Shown piece after piece: positions 58,904 through 64,000 of a stretch of DNA of 64,000 bases. Each line of letters begins with the position of its first letter. The stretch's first letter is position 1. The DNA is from an uncultured delta proteobacterium (lineage in GTDB: Bacteria; Myxococcota; Myxococcia; Myxococcales; Anaeromyxobacteraceae). The stretch is taken from assembly GCA_963845515.1 (NCBI GenBank), contig CAWJSR010000026.1, forward strand, positions 1-64,000. The letters run 5' to 3'. Position numbers and translations under genes: made by a program. The notes under the pieces are model-generated. The model searched no databases. It had not been told where the DNA came from and saw only the letters and a list, made by a program, of their open reading frames with translations.

Positions 58904-61166
58904 TTGGCGAAGCAGCACCTGCTCCTCGTCGACGCGGATCCCAAGTCACTGCGAGTGATGGAGGTCAGCCTGAAGAAGGCGGGCTTCACCGTCACCAGCG
59001 CGGTCAATGGGCGCGACGCGCTGGAGAAGTGCGCCATCTCCCTCCCGGACCTCATCCTCTCCGACACCAAGATGCCGGAGATGGACGGCTTCGACCTCTG
59101 CCGCCGGCTGAAGCAGGACGATCGCTTCAAGGCGACGCCCTTCATCTTCCTGACCGGCCAGAAGTCGGTCGAGTACAAGGTGAAGGGGCTGGAGCTTGGC
59201 GTCGACGACTACCTGACGAAGCCGATCTACATCAAGGAGATCGTCACCCGCGTCAACGTCCTCCTGAAGAAGAAGGAGAAGGAGCGGTCGGAGAAGCGCG
59301 ACCTCAAGGCGAGCTTCTCCGGCAACCTCTCCGACATGAGCGTCGTGGACCTCGTCCAGACGCTCGAGATGGGCAAGAAGTCCGGCGCCCTGCACATCAA
59401 GAACCAGAAGGGGATGGAGGCGGTCGGCTACTTCCGCGACGGGCGGATCGTCGACTGCGCGCTCGGCGAGAAGCTGGTGGGCGAGACGGCCTTCTACCGG
59501 CTCCTCAACTGGCAGGACGGCGAGTTCGCGATCGAGTTCAAGCCCATCGAGCGCGAGGAGCGGATCAAGACCTCGACGCAGGGGCTGCTCATGGAGGGCA
59601 TGCGCCGGATCGACGAGTGGGGGCGGATCGTCGAGCAGCTCCCCGCGCTCGACAGGGTCTTCGTCATCGACTACGCGCTGCTCACCGAGCGGCTCGCGGA
59701 GATCCCGGACGACGTCAACGTCCTGCTCAAGCTCTTCGACGGCCGCCGGACGCTCGACCAGGTCGTCGAGGAGGCCGACTACGACGACCTCGCGGCGGCC
59801 GGCGTGCTCTCCAAGCTCTTCTTCGAGGGGATCATCAAGGAGGCTCCCGGCCAGGGTCAGCCGCACGCGGCCTCACCCGGGTTCGCGCCCACCCCGCCCG
59901 CGGCGTTCGCCGAGCCGACGCCGGAGCCGGAGGGAGTCGACTGGTTCGCCGGACCGGTCGCCGAGCGCTTCGGCGAGGCGCCGGACGCGATCCACGATGA
60001 GCAGGAGACCCCGAAGGTCATCCGCTTCCCGACTCAGCGACGGGACCGCGACGAGGAGGAGGCCGCGCCGCCCCTCGCTCCGCCGCTCGCGGCGGTCCCC
60101 CCGCCGCCGCCCGCACCGGTCGCGTACGCGCCGGCACCGCCCCCAGCCGCGTTCGCGCCTCCGCCGCCACCGGCCGCGTTTGCGCCGGCGCCTGCGCCGC
60201 CCCCGGCCGCGTTCGCGGCTGCGCCGCCACCGGCGGCGTACGCGCCGCAGCCGCTCCAGGAGCGCCAGACCGGCCAGTTCTCGCTTCAGGTTCCGCCGCC
60301 TGGGAGCGTGCCGCTCCCTGCATCGATCGGTGGGACCTTGTCGTCGCCTGGCATGCCGGCGGTCGAAGCCCCTGCACCCCGCAGGACGGGCGCCGGCATC
60401 CCCGCTGTCGAGCCACCGGCCCCCCGAAAGCAGACGGGCGCACAGATACCGGCGGTGGAGCCGCAGCCGCCCAGGGCGGCTCCCGCGCCGTCGAAGTCGA
60501 AGGCACCTCTGGTGATGGGCGCCATCCTGCTCCTGGGCGCGGCCGGCGCCGCGGCCTTCTTCTCGCTCGGTCGCAAGGGCCCTCCGCCTGCCCCCGCGAC
60601 GGCACCTGCACCCGCGCCATCGGCCGGCGGCGCCATCGGGGATCAGGCTCCCCCCGCGGCCTCGCCCACGGTCGAGCCCGCGCGCGGCCCCCGCCGTGCC
60701 ACCAACCCCTCCGCCCGAGCCTGCTGCCGCCGCCCCGGTCACTCGGCCGGCCCCGGTCGCGAAGGCTCCGCCGGCGGCCCCGAAGCCCCCGCCGGAGCGG
60801 GACACGGACGACGAGCAGGCCCGGCTCCTGGCAGTCGCCGAGCGCAAGTACAACGGCGGAAACTTCCTCGCGGCCATCGCCGACTACCGCAGGGCGGCCT
60901 CGATCCAGCCGAGCGCGCCGGCCCACGTCGGCCTCGCCCGGGCGCTGTACGACGCCAACAAGGTGACCGAGGCGCTCTCGGAGCTGAAGGTGGCCACCCG
61001 CGTGAACTCCAGGTACGCGCCCGCCTACCTCCTGCTCGGGGAGATACACCAGGGCGAGGGACGAACCACCGAGGCCCGCGCCGCCTACCAGACCTTCCTC
61101 TCCCTCTCTCCGACCGGGGAGCAGGCGAGGGCAGTGCGCGAGATCATCGCGAAGCAGCTGAAGTGA
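58904..61166 (+). CDS. Response regulator: REC plus DUF4388 plus Pro-rich linker plus TM plus TPR (PglH-like; apparent frameshift ~60690)
   Basis: [65 protein letters not shown] tail in ORF 60696..61166. Confidence 0.8.
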
Positions 61167-62164
61167 GAGTCCTCGGGATCGAGTCGAGCTGCGACGAGAC
61201 CGCCGCCGCCGTCGTCGAGGACGGCCGGCGCGCGCTGGCCGACGTGATCTCGACGCAGATCGACATCCATCGGCGCTGGGGCGGCGTCGTGCCCGAGCTG
61301 GCGAGCCGCAACCACGTCGTCCAGGTGATGCCGGTCGTGGACGAGGCGCTGCTGCGGTCCGGAGTGGCGCCGGCAGAGCTCGACGCGATCGCCGTCACCT
61401 CCGGCCCCGGCCTCGTCGGAGCCCTGCTCGTCGGCGTCCAGGCGGCCAAGGGGCTCGCCGCCGCGTGGGGCAAGCCGCTCGTCCGCGTGAACCACCTCGA
61501 GGGGCACCTCGTCGCCGCGTTCCTCTCCGAGCGCCCGCCCACCTTCCCTTTTCTCGGGCTGGTCGTCTCCGGCGGCCACACCTCGCTCTACGCCGCCCGC
61601 GGCTTCGGCGACTACGAGCGGCTCGGCGCCACGCGCGACGACGCCGCGGGGGAGGCCTTCGACAAGGGGGCGAAGCTCCTCGGTCTCCCCTACCCCGGCG
61701 GGGTCGCGATCGATCGCCTCGCCAGGGAAGGGGACGCGAAGGCGATCCGCTTCCCGAAGGCGATCGTGAAGGGCTCCGACCTCGACTTCAGCTTCTCGGG
61801 GCTCAAGACGGCCCTCCTCCACCACGTGCGGAAGCACGGCGTCCCGGAGGGGAGCGCCCTCTCCGACCTCTGCGCGAGCTACCAGGAGGCGATCGTCGGC
61901 GCGCTCGTCCAGAAGGCGTTCCGCGCGGCCCGCCGGCTCCAGCTCCCGCGCCTCGTCCTCTCCGGCGGCGTCGCAGCCAACAGCAGGCTCCGCGCCGCCT
62001 TCGTCGCCGAGGCCGCGACCTACGACGGCGTCGAGGTCTTCCTCCCGCCACCGCGACTCTGCACGGACAACGCTGCGATGATCGCCGTCGCCGGGACCGA
62101 GGCCTTCCGCCGCGGAGAGCGGGCCGCCCTCGACCTCAACGCCGACCCGGCCTGGCGGATCTGA
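61163..62164 (+). CDS. tsaD: tRNA threonylcarbamoyltransferase TsaD
   Basis: [55 protein letters not shown]. Confidence 0.97.
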   Translation: MRVLGIESSCDETAAAVVEDGRRALADVISTQIDIHRRWGGVVPELASRNHVVQVMPVVDEALLRSGVAPAELDAIAVTSGPGLVGALLVGVQAAKGLAAAWGKPLVRVNHLEGHLVAAFLSERPPTFPFLGLVVSGGHTSLYAARGFGDYERLGATRDDAAGEAFDKGAKLLGLPYPGGVAIDRLAREGDAKAIRFPKAIVKGSDLDFSFSGLKTALLHHVRKHGVPEGSALSDLCASYQEAIVGALVQKAFRAARRLQLPRLVLSGGVAANSRLRAAFVAEAATYDGVEVFLPPPRLCTDNAAMIAVAGTEAFRRGERAALDLNADPAWRI

Positions 62165-62165
62165 G

Positions 62166-63053
62166 ATGCGCTACCCGACCCCGAAGGCCCTCCTCGAGAA
62201 GTACGGGCTGCGCGCCAAGAAGAGCTGGGGACAGAACTTCCTCGGCGACGAGGAGATCCTCGACCACATCGCGAAGCTGGCGGCGCCCCGCCCGGGCGAG
62301 CGGGTGGTCGAGCTCGGGGCGGGGCTCGGCCACCTGACCGAGCGCCTCCTCGCGCACGGCGCGACGGTCGTGGCGGTGGAGCGCGACCGCGACATGGCCC
62401 GCGTCCTCCGGGGCGAGCTCGGGAGCCGGATCGACCTGCGCGAAGCGGACGCCGCCAGGCTCGACGTCGCGTCCCTCGCGCGCGACGCGGACACCGGCCG
62501 CATCACGGTGGTGGGCAACCTCCCCTACCACCTGACGAGCCCGATCCTCTTCTCGCTCATCGACCAGGCGCCGCACGTCGCGCGCGCCGTCTTCCTGCTC
62601 CAGCGCGAGGTGGCGGAGCGGCTGGTGGCGCCGGCCGGGGACCGCGAGGGCGGCCTCCTCTCCATCCTGCTGCAGCGCGAGGCCGACGTCTCGATCGAGC
62701 GGATCGTGCCGCCCGGCGCGTTCCTGCCGCCGCCCAAGGTGCACAGCGCGGTCCTCTGCGCCCTCTTCCGCCCGCCGGCCGACGCGGTGGTCGACCCGGC
62801 CCGCTTCCGGAGGCTCGTGAAGGCCGGCTTCGCGCAGCGCCGGAAGACGCTCGGCAAGGCGCTCGGCGCGGCGAAGCTCGCCTCCGCGACCGAGATCGCC
62901 GAGGCGCTCGCGACCGCCGGGATCGACCCCAGGCGGCGCGGCGAGACGCTGAACCTCGCCGAGTGGGCGGCGCTGGAGCGTGCGCTGCCGCCGGTCTCCC
63001 GACCCGAACCCCACGAGTCATCCTCCCTCTCCCCCACCGGGGGAGAGGGTTAG
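62166..63053 (+). CDS. rsmA: 16S rRNA dimethyltransferase RsmA/KsgA
   Basis: KKSWGQNFL, ELGAGLGHLT, GNLPY, QREVAER, FLPPPKV, FAQRRKTL. Confidence 0.96.
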   Translation: MRYPTPKALLEKYGLRAKKSWGQNFLGDEEILDHIAKLAAPRPGERVVELGAGLGHLTERLLAHGATVVAVERDRDMARVLRGELGSRIDLREADAARLDVASLARDADTGRITVVGNLPYHLTSPILFSLIDQAPHVARAVFLLQREVAERLVAPAGDREGGLLSILLQREADVSIERIVPPGAFLPPPKVHSAVLCALFRPPADAVVDPARFRRLVKAGFAQRRKTLGKALGAAKLASATEIAEALATAGIDPRRRGETLNLAEWAALERALPPVSRPEPHESSSLSPTGGEG

Positions 63054-63063
63054 GGTGAGGGGG
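63025..63063. repeat. REP-like palindrome at convergent gene ends
   Basis: ccctctccccc-acc-gggggagaggg-ttagggtgagggg. Confidence 0.7.
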
Positions 63064-64000
63064 CGACCGACCCGCCAGCGGCCACCGCCGGCGTGGGGAG
63101 CCAGAGCGTGGCGACGGTCCCGCCGGACATCGGGAAGTCGAACTCGAGCGCGCCGTGGTTCCGATCGGCGATCGTCCGCGCGACCGTGAGGCCGAGGCCG
63201 GTCCCCTGCCCCGATGGCTTGGTGCTGAAGAAGGGCTCGAAGATCCTCTCGCGGAGCTCCTTCGGGATCCCGGGACCGTCGTCCTCGACCGCGATGCCGC
63301 GGAGCGGCCCGCGCCGCTTGAGCCGCAGGCGCAGGTGGCCGTAGTCCTTCGAGACGAACGCGGCGTTGAGCAGCAGGTTGAGGAGCGCCTGCCCGACCTC
63401 CCTGCGGTCCGCCAGGACGGGGGCGTCGTCGAAGCCGGGCTCGGCGACCTGATCTATGACGATCCCGCGCCGCTTCAGGGACATCGTCGCGAGCCCCGCC
63501 GACTCCCGTGCCAGCTCGGCCGCGGAGACCGGCGCGACCTCCACCGGCCGGGTCCGGCCGAAGTCCAGGAGGCGGTGCACCACGCCCTCTATCTGGTCGA
63601 GCGCCTTCTCCATCATGTCGAGGTCGGCCTTGCGCGCTGCCGGATCGTTCACGTCCTCGCGCAGGATCGCGACGACGCCCTTGAGCGACGCGAGCGGATT
63701 GTTCACCTCGTGCGCCACGCCCGCCACGAGCGAGCCCAGCGTGGCGAGCCGCTCGCTGGCGAGCGCCTTCACCCGGACCCGCTCCTGCTCCTCGTGCGCT
63801 GCGCGGAGACGGGCGGTCATGCCGTTGAAGCGCCGGGCGAGGGCAGCGATCTCGCGACCGCCGCGGGGGTGGACCGGATCGCCCGGCACGGCGGGATCGA
63901 ACCGGTCGGCCGCCTCGATGATCTCCTCTATCGGGCGGGTCGTCCGGAGTCCGACGGCGAGCGCCAGGGCGATCGAGACGAGCATCGCAGAGAGGGCGAC
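63050..64000 (-). CDS. Membrane sensor histidine kinase (HAMP-HisKA-HATPase), start outside the window
   Basis: GVAHEVNNPL, LLNLLLNA, VEDDGPGI, FEPFFSTK..GTGLGL. Confidence 0.93.
   Translation of the reverse strand, partial: VALSAMLVSIALALAVGLRTTRPIEEIIEAADRFDPAVPGDPVHPRGGREIAALARRFNGMTARLRAAHEEQERVRVKALASERLATLGSLVAGVAHEVNNPLASLKGVVAILREDVNDPAARKADLDMMEKALDQIEGVVHRLLDFGRTRPVEVAPVSAAELARESAGLATMSLKRRGIVIDQVAEPGFDDAPVLADRREVGQALLNLLLNAAFVSKDYGHLRLRLKRRGPLRGIAVEDDGPGIPKELRERIFEPFFSTKPSGQGTGLGLTVARTIADRNHGALEFDFPMSGGTVATLWLPTPAVAAGGSVAPSP

Noticed and set aside
58835..62164. 1109-aa response regulator-TsaD fusion
   Set aside because: A frameshift near 60690 causes read-through; the true TPR tail ends at 61166 and tsaD has its own GTG at 61163.

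Overview
The window is almost entirely high-GC (about 70-75% by eye) Myxococcota DNA, most like Anaeromyxobacteraceae. The first ~1.52 kb differs: it is low-GC (about 40-45% by eye), encodes purB and an archaeal-type purP, and joins abruptly into the middle of ltaE, most likely a chimeric contig end. The myxobacterial part contains: ltaE, an M23 peptidase, pssA-pgpA-cinA and a peptidase/propeller/Omp85 protein; comM-recA; an OPX/beta-barrel export module; a long Glt-paralog operon (GltD/E/F/G-like) ending in a giant FG-GAP plus 12x Ig-like adhesin; mglBA; recR-ybaB-dnaX; SRP RNA, two tRNA-Ser and tadA; a radical SAM enzyme, DsbA, truD, OmpA/TSP3, PP2C, DnaJ-DUF4388, a PglH-like regulator, tsaD, rsmA and a partial histidine kinase. 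The best candidate for an undescribed system is a six-gene signalling operon at 40.3-46.7 kb with its own sigma70-type promoter. It encodes a Roadblock-TPR-DUF4388 protein, a Ser/Thr kinase fused to an ExeA-like shell lacking its ATPase core, two Roadblock proteins, an output-less HAMP membrane sensor, and a secreted copy of the same sensor domain. It has no GTPase and lies about 5 kb from mglBA. Many genes, including conserved housekeeping genes, carry apparent frameshifts, probably long-read indel errors. All calls come from motif recognition only; no searches were run.
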